This document shows, piece after piece, positions 20,785 to 30,839 of a stretch of 64,000 bases of DNA. How positions within the stretch are numbered: position 1 is the stretch's first letter; every line of letters begins with the position of its first letter. The notes under the pieces were generated by a model. It did not search any database. It was not told where the DNA came from and saw only the letters and a program-made list of their open reading frames with translations. A program made the position numbers and the translations under genes. The DNA is taken from NCBI GenBank assembly GCA_016719515.1, contig JADJYZ010000037.1, forward strand, positions 34,630-98,629, read 5' to 3'. This DNA is from Deltaproteobacteria bacterium. GTDB taxonomy: Bacteria > Myxococcota_A > UBA796 > CAJQPC01.

Positions 20785-22104
20785 GTCGTGGCCTCCTGGG
20801 CGAGCCGCGCGAAGACGGCCCCACGGTGCTCGAAGTTGTTGAACTCATCAAACGAGGCGCAGGCCGGGGTGAGCAGCACCGCCTGGCCGGGCCGCGCGAG
20901 GCGACGGGCCAAGGCCACGGCGTCGGCGAGGCCAGAGACGACGTGGTGGGGATGCGCCCCCAACCCTTGGGAGATCTCCTGGGCGCTGCCGCCGCAGACG
21001 ATGACCTCCACCGCCGCGCGTGAGAGCGCCGGGCGGAGCAGGCCGTAGTCGGCGCCCTCTTTGCCTTGGCCGCCGAGGATCACCACCGCCGGGCGATCGA
21101 CGCTCTCTAAGCCCACCAAGGCGGCGTCGACGTTCGTGGCTTTGGAGTCGTTGATCCACAACACCCCGGCCTGCTCGGCCACGGGCTGCATGCGGTGGGG
21201 CAAGGCCGTGAGCGCCGAGAGGTCCAGCGCCGCCAAGGATGCGCCCAAGGCCCGGGCCAAAGCGGCGGCCACGGCGGCGTTCCAGCGGTTGATCCGGCCC
21301 ATGACCTTGAGGCCCGAGAGGTCTAGGCGCTCCCCTTCGATGAGGGCGTAGGAGCCATCGTCGCCGAGCAGCACGCCGGGCTCAGCATCCAGCCAGCGCC
21401 GCTGCCCCGGTTTGCCCTCACAGGCGGCCTTCAGGAGAATGTCTCCATTGGGGACATAGGCCAGAGCCGCTGGGCGTCATGTGGTCAAAGAGCTTGGCTT
21501 TGGCCGCGGCGTAGCCCTCCATCGTGCCGTGCCGGGCGAGGTGGTCGGGGGTGAGGTTGAGGATCACCCCGGCGTCGGGCGCGAAGTCTCCGGCGAGCTC
21601 AAGCTGGTACGAGGAGACCTCGACGACGAGGCTGTCAAAGTCCCCGCCCACGGCCTCACACAAGGGCGTGCCCAGGTTTCCGCCGACGAAGGGCCGCCGC
21701 CCGACCCCACGCAGGAGCTGCCCGGTGAAGTGGGTGACCGTGGATTTGCCGTTGGTGCCGGTGATCGCCGCCGTGGGCAGGCGCGGCAGGTGGCGCCAGG
21801 CGAAGCCCAGCTCACCGAGCACCTCCACCCCAGCGGCCAACGCCCGGCGCACCGGCGGCGCCGCGGCGGGCACCCCCGGGGAGACGACGACGAGGTCCAC
21901 GTCGGTGAGATCGGCGTCCTCATGGCGGCCAAAGACGTTGTGCGCGCCCTCGACGCCCTCGGAGTCCGCCTTGAGATCCGTGAGCGTCACCCGCTCTGCG
22001 CCCAAGCGCAACGCCAGACGCGCGGCGGCCCGGCCCGAGAGCCCAGCCCCGAGCACGGTGACCCGACGTGGCATGACGTGGGTTGTGGCGCCGCCCATGC
22101 TCAC
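20781..22104 (-). CDS. murD: UDP-N-acetylmuramoylalanine--D-glutamate ligase MurD, split by a +1 frame disruption near 21474-21483
   Basis: N-terminal half (ORF 21418..22104: VTVLGAGLSGRAAA...ITGTNGKST...AAKAKLFDHM) and C-terminal half (upstream extension of ORF 20781..21374: AYVPNGDILL...WINDSKATNV...) align contiguously to MurD. Confidence 0.85.
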
Positions 22105-23210
22105 CTCAGCTTCAAGGTGGTGAGGGCCACCAGCGCGAGCAGGATCGAGATGATCCAGAACCGCACGATGATCTTCGGCTCCGACCAGCCACGCTTCTCG
22201 TAGTGGTGGTGAATCGGCGCCATGGCGAACACGCGCTTGCCCGTGGTCTTGAAGCTCACGACCTGCACGATCACCGAGACCGTCTCCAAGACGAAGATCC
22301 CGCCGACCAGGGCCAGGAGCACCTCATGTTTGGTGACCACGGCCAAGGCCGCGAGCAGCCCGCCCAAGGCCAAGGAGCCCACGTCGCCCATAAAGATCTG
22401 CGCGGGGTAGGCGTTGTACCAGAGGAAGCCCAGGCCCGCGCCGACCACGGCCATACACAGCACCGTGAGCTCTGAGGCCCCGGCGACGTACTCCACGGCG
22501 AGGTAGGTCGAGAAGTTCGTGTTCCCGGCGACATACGCCAAGATGCCGTAGGTGCCCGCCGAGGTCATCACCGGGCCGATGGCCAGGCCGTCGAGGCCAT
22601 CGGTGAGGTTCACGGCGTTGGACGCGCCGACGAGGATGAACAGCACCAAGGCGAGGTAGAGCCAGCCCAGGCTGGGCGGGGCGCCCTCCCAGAGGTTCCC
22701 GAAGTCCACGCCCGCCTTAAAGAACGGGAGCTGAAACACGGCGTTCATGCGCCCGGTCTGGTAGGCCCAGGCGAAGGGCAGCACGCCGAAGACGAGCTGC
22801 CCGACGATCTTCCAGCGCCCGGCGAGGCCATCGGCGGACTTCTCCATCACCTTCTTCCAGTCGTCTACGAAGCCGATGAGCCCATAGCCGAGGAGCACGA
22901 TGAGGCAGACCCAGACCGACCACTGATCGAGGCGACACCACAGAAGCGCCGAGAGCGTGATGCCCGCGAGCATCGGCACCCCGCCCATGGTCGGCGTGCC
23001 CAGCTTGTTCTCGATGTGCTCCTGCGGCCCGTCGGTGCGGATGATCTGCTCCATCTTCCGGGTGTTCATCCAGTTGATGAAGCTCGGGAAGACCAAGTAG
23101 CAGAACCCGAGCGCGGTCATGAGCGCCCAGGCCGTCCGGAACGTGGTGTACCGGAAGACGTTGAAGAAGATGTGGTCGTCCGCCAAGGGGACGAAGAGGT
23201 GGTAGAACAT
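22101..23210 (-). CDS. mraY: phospho-N-acetylmuramoyl-pentapeptide transferase
   Basis: MFYHLFVPLADDHIFFNVFRYTTFR..., polytopic; start reset to MFYHLF. Confidence 0.95.
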   Translation of the reverse strand: MFYHLFVPLADDHIFFNVFRYTTFRTAWALMTALGFCYLVFPSFINWMNTRKMEQIIRTDGPQEHIENKLGTPTMGGVPMLAGITLSALLWCRLDQWSVWVCLIVLLGYGLIGFVDDWKKVMEKSADGLAGRWKIVGQLVFGVLPFAWAYQTGRMNAVFQLPFFKAGVDFGNLWEGAPPSLGWLYLALVLFILVGASNAVNLTDGLDGLAIGPVMTSAGTYGILAYVAGNTNFSTYLAVEYVAGASELTVLCMAVVGAGLGFLWYNAYPAQIFMGDVGSLALGGLLAALAVVTKHEVLLALVGGIFVLETVSVIVQVVSFKTTGKRVFAMAPIHHHYEKRGWSEPKIIVRFWIISILLALVALTTLKLR

Positions 23211-24586
23211 CAGCCCTCCGGCTCCGGCGGAGCCTCCAGGGGGAGCCAAACGAGAGAACGCTCCATCTTGGAGCCGCGTGAGCCCTTGATGAGCACCACG
23301 TCATCGGGGCGCAGCACCCCTTGGACACGCTCGGCGAGGGCGTCGGCGTCGGGGGCGACGAGCAGGGACTTGGCCCCTTTGGCAGTTTCTGCCACCGCCG
23401 AGAAGCGGGCTCCGGCGAGGCCGAGCACCTCGATCCCCAGCGACGCCGCGTAGGCCGCCAGCTCGCGGTGAGCGCCGTCCTCGACCTCACCCAGCTCCAG
23501 CATGTCGCCCAACAAGGCCACCCGGCGGCGCCCCCGCACGGCGGCGAGGCTGTCCAGCGAGGCCCGCATCGAGAGCGGGTTCGCGTTGTAAGCGTCGTTG
23601 AGCACGGTGATCCCACCTTGGCGGCGCTCCACGCGCATCCGCATGCCCACGGGGGCGTAGCGGGCGATGCTCTCGGCGTATGACCGGCTGGGCACACCCA
23701 AAGCCCAGGCCACGGCGACGGCCCCGGCGGCGTTCCGCGCGAGGTGAACGCCCGGCGCGGGCAGAGTCGCCGTGAGCAGCTCACCGTCGGGCAGGCGCAA
23801 GACCAGCTCCGTCGTGAGGTGCTCCGGGTCGAGCTCAGCGCGCAGAAGCCGCACGTCCGCCCGCTCCCCCATGCCAAACCGCAGGATCCCGGCGCCTTTT
23901 GGCAGAGGCATCTGGCGAATGTGCTCGTCGTCTACGTTGACGATCACCCAGTCCCCTGCCCTCGCGCCGTCAAAGATCTCTTGTTTGCAGCGGGCGACGC
24001 CCTGAACGGAGCCGATGGTCTCGGTGTGCGCCGCGCCGACGCTGGTGATGAGCCGAACGTTGGGCTGGCCGATGTCGCGCAAGAGGCGAATCTCGCCGTA
24101 GTCGCTCATGCCCATCTCTAAGACGACGGCGTCGGGCTCATCGGGGCAAGCGAGCAGCGTGAGCGGCACGCCGATGTGGTTGTTGAGGTTGCCCTCGTTC
24201 TGGTGAACCCGGCCCAGGGGCGCGAGCAGCTCCGCGATGAGCGCCCGGGTCGTCGTCTTGCCCGCGCTGCCGGTGACGCCGACCACCGGGCAGTCGAGCT
24301 TCCACCGGGCCCAGCGCGCGCAGTTCTGCAGGGCCTCTAAGGTGCGTGGCGTCTTCACGAAGCCCCGATCCCAGCCCTCAGGCACCTGCTCGGCGATCAC
24401 CCCAGCGCAGCCAAGCTCCCGGGCCTTGGGCAAAAACTCGTGGCCGTCGAAGCGGTCGCCGCGCAGGGCCAGAAACCAGTCGCCCGGCGTGAGCGCGCGG
24501 CTGTCGGTGCGGATCGGCCCGGCGGGGCCGTCGTGAATCAAGAGCCCACCCGTGGCCCGGGCGATCTCGGCTGGCGTGAGGATCAT
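23210..24586 (-). CDS. murF: UDP-N-acetylmuramoyl-tripeptide--D-alanyl-D-alanine ligase
   Basis: Mur-ligase domains, VVGVTGSAGKTTT. Confidence 0.9.
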   Translation of the reverse strand: MILTPAEIARATGGLLIHDGPAGPIRTDSRALTPGDWFLALRGDRFDGHEFLPKARELGCAGVIAEQVPEGWDRGFVKTPRTLEALQNCARWARWKLDCPVVGVTGSAGKTTTRALIAELLAPLGRVHQNEGNLNNHIGVPLTLLACPDEPDAVVLEMGMSDYGEIRLLRDIGQPNVRLITSVGAAHTETIGSVQGVARCKQEIFDGARAGDWVIVNVDDEHIRQMPLPKGAGILRFGMGERADVRLLRAELDPEHLTTELVLRLPDGELLTATLPAPGVHLARNAAGAVAVAWALGVPSRSYAESIARYAPVGMRMRVERRQGGITVLNDAYNANPLSMRASLDSLAAVRGRRRVALLGDMLELGEVEDGAHRELAAYAASLGIEVLGLAGARFSAVAETAKGAKSLLVAPDADALAERVQGVLRPDDVVLIKGSRGSKMERSLVWLPLEAPPEPEG

Positions 24587-26031
24587 GCGCCCTCCTCTAA
24601 AAACGCCGCGCGCAGGGCACGGCGATCGTCAAAGGGGTGCTTGACCCCGGCGATCTCTTGGGTGGTCTCGTGGCCTTTGCCCGCGATCAGCACCACGTCC
24701 CCAGGCCTTGAGAGCGCGACGGCGCGGCGGATGGCCTCAGCGCGGTCGGGCACGATCAGGGCGTCGGGGCCGAGCCCGGGGGCCATGTCGTTCAGGATGG
24801 CCAGCGGATCTTCACCGCGGGGGTTGTCGCTCGTGGCGATGACCACGTCGGCGCCTTCGCTCGCCGCCCGGGCCATGAGCGGCCGCTTCTGGGGGTCGCG
24901 GTCGCCGCCGCAGCCGAAGACGAGCACGATGCGCTGGGCGCCGAGCTCTCGGAGCGCGCTGAGCACCGTGCGTAGGCCATCTTCAGTGTGGGCGTAGTCC
25001 ACGAGCGCCGTGACGCCGCGGTTGTTGGCCACAGGCTCCAGCCGACCGGGCACCGGCGGCGCCTTCGAGAGCCCTTCGGCGACCTGCTCCGGGCTCAAGC
25101 CCAAGCTCAAGGCCGCGCCCGCCGCGCCCAAGGCGTTGGCGACGTTGTGCCGACCGAGCAGGGGCAGCCGCAGCGCAAAGTCGCCCCAAGGCGTCACCAC
25201 CGTCGCCTCGCTCCCAGAGACGGTGAGGCGTAGGCCCTCGGCGTGAACGTCGCCGTGATCTACGCCGAAGGTCACCCGGCGCACGCCCTCAGGCAGCGTC
25301 GGCAAGGCCATCACCGCCGGGTCTTCAGCGTTGAGCAGGGCCGTGGCCCCGCTGGGCAAAAGCTCCAAGAACAGCCGCGCCTTGGCCTGGGCATACGCCG
25401 CCATGTCGCCGTGGTAGTCGAGGTGGTCTTGGGTGAGGTTCGTGTAGACCCCCACCGCAAAGCGCGTGGAGTCCACCCGGCGGGCGTCTAGGCCGATGGA
25501 GCTGACCTCGGCGGCCGCCCACTCACAGCGAGCGTCCACGGCCCGGCGCAGGAGGCCCTGCCACTCCGTGGGCTCGGGCGTGGTGTGGGTCGCGGGCAGG
25601 TTCTCCCCGGCCACACGGTTGCCCACGGTGCCGATGACCGCGGCGCGCACGCCGTTCGCCGCGGCGATGGCCTCGATGAGCTGCGTCGTCGTCGTCTTGC
25701 CGTTGGTGCCGGTCACCCCGACGACCTTCAGATCATTGGACGGATGACCAAAAAACGCCGCGGCCAGCTCGGCCAAGGCCTTGCGGCTGTCGTTGACCCG
25801 CACGACGGTGACCCCGGCGGGGGCCTCTACGTCCCGCTCAACGACGACCGCCGCGGCTTGGCTGAGCCCAGCGACGTGATCGTGGCCATCCCCACGCCGC
25901 CCGACCAGGGCGACAAACACCGCCCCGGGGCCCGCGCGGCGCGAGTCCTGGGTGATGGCGACGATGGGAAGATCAACGCGGCCATGAACATGAGCCACGT
26001 CGACCCCGCGCAGCAGCTCGGAGAGCATCAT
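24583..26031 (-). CDS. murE: UDP-N-acetylmuramoyl-L-alanyl-D-glutamate--2,6-diaminopimelate ligase
   Basis: VVGVTGTNGKTTTTQLIEAI, DNPR motif. Confidence 0.9.
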   Translation of the reverse strand: MMLSELLRGVDVAHVHGRVDLPIVAITQDSRRAGPGAVFVALVGRRGDGHDHVAGLSQAAAVVVERDVEAPAGVTVVRVNDSRKALAELAAAFFGHPSNDLKVVGVTGTNGKTTTTQLIEAIAAANGVRAAVIGTVGNRVAGENLPATHTTPEPTEWQGLLRRAVDARCEWAAAEVSSIGLDARRVDSTRFAVGVYTNLTQDHLDYHGDMAAYAQAKARLFLELLPSGATALLNAEDPAVMALPTLPEGVRRVTFGVDHGDVHAEGLRLTVSGSEATVVTPWGDFALRLPLLGRHNVANALGAAGAALSLGLSPEQVAEGLSKAPPVPGRLEPVANNRGVTALVDYAHTEDGLRTVLSALRELGAQRIVLVFGCGGDRDPQKRPLMARAASEGADVVIATSDNPRGEDPLAILNDMAPGLGPDALIVPDRAEAIRRAVALSRPGDVVLIAGKGHETTQEIAGVKHPFDDRRALRAAFLEEGA

Positions 26032-26766
26032 CAGCGTTCAGCGGGGAGGAGGGGGGTCGCGACGGGGAGGGGAGAATCAGGAGAAGTTCAGGATGAAGCG
26101 GCGGAGATGTCGGGCGGCGGTGAGTGGCGCCCCTCTGCGTACTGCCAGGGAGTCACGCGGATTGGAGATACGGCTCAGCGTGCAGAGAGGCGCCACCAAC
26201 ACCTGCCCAATGGAGGTCCGATCGTGTCTTGCCTCCTTCAGACGCTCCCACCCCGCGAGGCCCCAGCGCGAAGAGGCCGGGGTTCCAAACCAGCAGCAGC
26301 AGTTGTCTCAGCGAGGAGCGACAGGGCGGGGCGACGGACCAGCACAACTCACGGCGGAAGGAGGCGCGCCAGAACAGCGCGCTTGACCTCCGAGGCGAGC
26401 GCCAGCGATGACTGGCGAGCCGGACCCGCACCCCCGGCCTGCGACGCGCGGAGCCTGTCTGCGGGGCGGGAGCGTGAAGGATGGCCGGGCCGACGTGGCC
26501 GCGCGCACGAGGACTTCCTCGTACAGCGTCAGCGACAGCATCAGCAGGTTTCAGCAGGGTTTCGGCGGGCAGCGAGAGCATCGACAGCGTCTCTGATGGG
26601 CCAGAAGCGGGGCTGGCGTCACCAGGGCACACCCTTCGCGCGGGGATTGCGCTCGGGGCTCTGTCAAGCATACGCGGCAGCGCAGACCCGACCATCGGCA
26701 GATCATCCGCAAAGCGCAAGAGCACGCCTTCGGACCTCTGAGAGCTTGTTTGGCGGAGGTTGGCCG

Positions 26767-28860
26767 TCATTGCAGCACGACCTCCAGCCGGTCCCCCGCC
26801 GCCAAAGCATAGCCCGGCGCGGGGTTTTGAGAGACGACGCGGCCTGAGCCGACGAGGCTGACCTCAACCCCGGCGCCATCGACGGCGACGAGCACGTCAC
26901 GCATCGAGCGGCCGGTGAGGTCGGGGACGGACATGCGCCCATCGGCCAGCCAGGTGAGCTGGGCGGGGCCTGGGGCCACCTTCACCGGGGCGGGCATCGC
27001 CATGGGCGGCGGCACCACGGGCAGGGGCAGGCCATCGGGGCCGAGCGCCGGAGGCGGCGGGGCGAGCTTGGGCTTGGGCTCAATCGGCACATCTTCGGGC
27101 ACGCCCAGGTAACGAAGCGCCCGGGTGGCGATGAGCGAGAAGCCGGGGCCAGCGACGATGCCGCCGTACTTGCTGCCGATGGTGGGCGTGTCGCCGATGA
27201 CCACGATGGCGAGGCGAGGATCGTTCGCCGGGGTGAGCCCGATGAACGACGACACCCGCGCCGTGGCCGAGTAGTGGCCGTCCACGACCTTCTGCGCCGT
27301 GCCGGTCTTGCCCGCGGCGGAGAAGCCCTCGGGCCGGGCCTTGGTGCCCGTGCCGCCGGTCTCCAACACGGTGATCATCATCTTCACGAGGCTGTCCGCG
27401 GCCTCTTCAGAGATGACCCGCTCCACCCGCACCGGGCGGTTGCGCAGCCGGACATAGCCCAGGCGATCCCGCACTTCAGAGACCAGGTACGGCTTCATGC
27501 GCACGCCGTCGTTGCCCACCGCGGCCAAGGCCGCCGCGAGCTGCACCGCGGTGGCGGTCATGCCCTGACCAAAGGCCGTCGTCGCCACCTCAATGGGCCG
27601 AATGCCTTTGGGGTTCCGCAAGAAGCCGTAGACCTCGCTGGGCAGGTTCAGGCCCGAGGGCTGGGTGAACCCAAACCGCTTGAGGCCCGCCATCATCTCT
27701 TCAGCGCCCATGGCGAACGCCAGCTTGGCCGTGCCGATGTTGGAGCTGTACTTCACCACCTCAGAGAGGGTCACGACACCGTGGGGGTGGTCGTCGTTGA
27801 TGATGCTGTTGCCGACGCGCCAGCTCCCGCCCTCGCAGTCGATGAGGTCTTCAGCCTTGTTGATGCCTTTGTCTACGGCGAGGCCGACCACAAAGGGCTT
27901 GAGCACCGAGCCCGGCTCGTGGGCGTCCGCGACGGCGCGGTTACGCATCGCCGAGACGTCGATGGTGGAGACGTCGTTGGGGTTCGCGTTGGGCCGGTTG
28001 GCGATGGCGAGGATCTCGCCGGTCTTCACGTCCATCACCACCGCGATGGCCGCGGCCGGGGCGGAGGTGATCATCATCTGGTCCAGCGCGTCTTCAGCGG
28101 CGCGCTGAATGAAGGGCTCGATGGTGAGGGTGACCGAGTCTCCGGCGTGGGCCCGGGCCCGGGCGTCCCCCGCCGTAGAGATGTTGCGCCCGCGGCGGTC
28201 ACGCTGCTGCACGAAGCGGTAGGTGCTGCCCCGAAGCTGCTTGTCCAGGGAGCGCTCGATGCCCTCAAGGCCCTGGTTGTTCTGCCCGACCATGCCCAAC
28301 AGCGAGGCCGCCAGGGCGCGCCCGGGGTAAAACCGAGTGGACTGGTAGTCTACCCACAAGGCGCCGGGGACGAGCTTCTCGACGGCGTCGACGGCGTCGG
28401 GGGAGATCTGGCTGGCGAGCAGGATGTCGCGGCGCTCGCTCTTGCTCAGCTTCTCGGTGAGGTCCGCGGCGTCGAGGCCGAGCATGCCCGCCAGCTCACG
28501 CGCCAGAGGCCCGACCTGCTCGGCGGTGAGCTTGGACGGATCGGCGCGCAGCGCGGGCATCTCAACAGAGGTGGCCAGCACCGTGCCGTCGCGGCCGAGG
28601 ATGTCGCCGCGCGGGGCCTCCACCTCTACCGCCGTCTGAAACTGCGTCGCGGCCTTGGCTTGAAGGCGATCGTCGGGCATCAACATCAGGGGCACGGCGC
28701 GCAGGGCCAACACGACGTAGCCAAGAATGACGCCGACCATGATCAATGACGCGCGGAAACGGGCCCGGGCCATGAGCGTCGCCCGATCCACGGTGCCAGG
28801 ATCTGGCGCGAGCATCGCGCTGAGCCAGGCGGAGAGATCGTTGGCGACGGGCTTGTTCAC
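26767..28860 (-). CDS. ftsI: penicillin-binding protein 3 (FtsI) transpeptidase with a C-terminal PASTA domain
   Basis: TM anchor, dimerisation and transpeptidase domains (SVLKPF, SSN, KTGTA); C-terminal about 65 aa, VPDLTGRSMRDVLVAVDGAGVEVSLVGSGRVVSQNPAPG, is a PASTA fold. Confidence 0.9.
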   Translation of the reverse strand: MNKPVANDLSAWLSAMLAPDPGTVDRATLMARARFRASLIMVGVILGYVVLALRAVPLMLMPDDRLQAKAATQFQTAVEVEAPRGDILGRDGTVLATSVEMPALRADPSKLTAEQVGPLARELAGMLGLDAADLTEKLSKSERRDILLASQISPDAVDAVEKLVPGALWVDYQSTRFYPGRALAASLLGMVGQNNQGLEGIERSLDKQLRGSTYRFVQQRDRRGRNISTAGDARARAHAGDSVTLTIEPFIQRAAEDALDQMMITSAPAAAIAVVMDVKTGEILAIANRPNANPNDVSTIDVSAMRNRAVADAHEPGSVLKPFVVGLAVDKGINKAEDLIDCEGGSWRVGNSIINDDHPHGVVTLSEVVKYSSNIGTAKLAFAMGAEEMMAGLKRFGFTQPSGLNLPSEVYGFLRNPKGIRPIEVATTAFGQGMTATAVQLAAALAAVGNDGVRMKPYLVSEVRDRLGYVRLRNRPVRVERVISEEAADSLVKMMITVLETGGTGTKARPEGFSAAGKTGTAQKVVDGHYSATARVSSFIGLTPANDPRLAIVVIGDTPTIGSKYGGIVAGPGFSLIATRALRYLGVPEDVPIEPKPKLAPPPPALGPDGLPLPVVPPPMAMPAPVKVAPGPAQLTWLADGRMSVPDLTGRSMRDVLVAVDGAGVEVSLVGSGRVVSQNPAPGYALAAGDRLEVVLQ

Positions 28861-29213
28861 TGGGCCACCCCGATCGTCACGGTGCGGACCTGAACGTCAG
28901 AGACGAGGCCCATGGCCGCGCCGACCTGGCCCAAGCGGGCGAGGTCTTGGCGGGTGGCCAGCTCAAGGCGCAGGCGCTCTTGTTCGGCCTGACGGGTGGC
29001 GAGCTGGGTGTTCACGCGGTCGAGCTCGGCGGCGCTGGCGCGCACGTCCACCCGAGACCAGACGTAAAACATCAACGAGGCGACGAGCAGCATCGCGAAG
29101 GTGAAGTACCGCAGCACCACACCGACCCGCACACCTGCCCGCGACGCGCCCGCGAGGAGCCCCGCCGCAGAGCGACCGACCCAAGCGCCTCCTAGCTCGC
29201 GACCCCATTCCAT
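28857..29213 (-). CDS. ftsL: cell division protein FtsL (FtsB/DivIC-like)
   Basis: 118 aa, single TM helix (YFTFAMLLVASLMFYVW) followed by a coiled coil; between rsmH and ftsI. Confidence 0.7.
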   Translation of the reverse strand: MEWGRELGGAWVGRSAAGLLAGASRAGVRVGVVLRYFTFAMLLVASLMFYVWSRVDVRASAAELDRVNTQLATRQAEQERLRLELATRQDLARLGQVGAAMGLVSDVQVRTVTIGVAQ

Positions 29214-29265
29214 GACCGACCTCCTACGCCACCTCAGCCACCGCCGACGTACTGCACCGCTGCCG

Positions 29266-30171
29266 CTACACCCGCTCGATCACCCGGAGCTTCGCCGAGC
29301 GCGCCCGGGGGTTCCCCGAGCCCGCGTCCTCGACGGCCTTCTTCGTGATGAGCCTCGCCGTCGGAACACCGAGGGACCGCCCGTAGGCGTCCTTCTCGGC
29401 GTCCAGCCCCGCGAGCGCCCGAAAACGCTGCTTGACCCGACGATCTTCTAAAGAATGAAACGAGATCACCGCCGCCCGACCGCCCACGGTGAGGCAGCCA
29501 GGCAAGGCCGCCAAGAGCCGGTCCAGCTCACCCAGCTCGTCATTGACGGCGAGGCGAAGGGCCTGGAAAGAGCGTGTGGCGGGGTGAATGCGATCCCGAG
29601 GGCCGCCCATCGCCCCGGCGATGACCTGGGCGAGCTGCGCTGTGCCGGTGATCGGCCGCGCGGCGACGATGGCCCGGGCCAAACGACGCGACTGGCGCTC
29701 CTCACCGAGGCCATAGAGCAGATCCGCCAGCTCCGCCTCGGGGAGGCCGTTGACCAGCTCCGCCGCCGTGGTGGGGGCGTCTGGGTCCATACGCATGTCC
29801 AGCGGGCCGTCTCGCATAAACGAGAAGCCCCGGGCGGCCTGATCGAGCTGGGGGCTCGACACGCCGAGATCGGCGACGAGGCCGTCTACGGCGCTCACAC
29901 CGGCCTCGGCCAAGGCGGCTTGCAGCGCGCCGAAGGTCGAGCGCACGGCGACGAAGCGCTCACCAAACCCGGCGAGGCGGGCTGAAGCGGCGGCGAGGGC
30001 GTTTGGGTCGCGGTCGAGGCCGATCACCCGGCCCGTGGGCCCCGAGGCCTCCAAGAGCCGCTCGGCGTGGCCGCCGCCGCCCAAGGTGCAGTCGAGGTAC
30101 AGGCCGCCGTCGCGCGGGGCGAGCAGCGCGCAGACCTCGGACCCCATCACCGTCTCGTGCTGGAACACCGT
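29266..30171 (-). CDS. rsmH: 16S rRNA (cytosine1402-N4)-methyltransferase RsmH/MraW
   Basis: HETVMGSEV...YLDCTLGGGGHAE, SAM motifs; start reset to about the GTG at 30171 next to the mraZ stop. Confidence 0.9.
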   Translation of the reverse strand, partial: TVFQHETVMGSEVCALLAPRDGGLYLDCTLGGGGHAERLLEASGPTGRVIGLDRDPNALAAASARLAGFGERFVAVRSTFGALQAALAEAGVSAVDGLVADLGVSSPQLDQAARGFSFMRDGPLDMRMDPDAPTTAAELVNGLPEAELADLLYGLGEERQSRRLARAIVAARPITGTAQLAQVIAGAMGGPRDRIHPATRSFQALRLAVNDELGELDRLLAALPGCLTVGGRAAVISFHSLEDRRVKQRFRALAGLDAEKDAYGRSLGVPTARLITKKAVEDAGSGNPRARSAKLRVIERV

Positions 30172-30178
30172 CACTGGC

Positions 30179-30631
30179 TCACCCCTTCGTGGCGGGGAGC
30201 GCCTGTTGACGAGCCCGGGCGTACTCGTGAATGGCCTGCTGGCGAGTGGCCTCCCAGCGCGCCGGATCCCAGAGCTCAATCCACTGCATGACGGAGATGA
30301 GCACACACTCGCGGTCGAGGCCGGCGTCTTGGCGGAGCCGGTTGGGGATACGCAGGCGGCCTTGAGGATCCACCGCGCAGTCTTCAGCGTCAGCGAGGAC
30401 GGCGTGGAAGTATGCTTGAGCGACGGGATCGAACGGGTCTCGGTCCTGGAACGGACCCTCGACGCGCTGGGCGAAGTAATCCGGGGTGAACGCCCGGATT
30501 CCTCCATCCACACACGTGAGCACCAGTGATTCGATCCCAGCGTCATTGATCTTGTGCCTCAGCCGCGCAGGGAGAGCGATGCGACCCTTGTCGTCCAAAG
30601 ACGTCGAGACCTGGCAGCGTTCTCCGAGCAT
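30179..30631 (-). CDS. mraZ: transcriptional regulator MraZ
   Basis: 150 aa, two MraZ repeats (LDDKGRIALPARLR; VDPQGRLRIPNRLR). Confidence 0.9.
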   Translation of the reverse strand: MLGERCQVSTSLDDKGRIALPARLRHKINDAGIESLVLTCVDGGIRAFTPDYFAQRVEGPFQDRDPFDPVAQAYFHAVLADAEDCAVDPQGRLRIPNRLRQDAGLDRECVLISVMQWIELWDPARWEATRQQAIHEYARARQQALPATKG

Positions 30632-30839
30632 TCACCCATCCGGGCCTTCGAGTGCACCACCGCGCACCCTTCTGTACCCTACCTCTCCACTCTACTCCAT
30701 TTTGATCCACGTTCAAGGCGAAAGGGGGAAAACGCCCCACGAGCCTGATCTCTGGTGGATCCCCCGGCAGGAGCGCCCGGACAGGGGATGCCCTTAATGT
30801 GGTTTCCAGCTTGATTTCTTGACGATCCTTGGGCTTTGG

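Noticed and set aside
26153-26770. 205-aa minus-strand ORF within the ftsI-murE spacer
   Set aside because: Low-complexity translation, overlaps the ftsI 3' end out of frame, and has no start context. The spacer is treated as non-coding.
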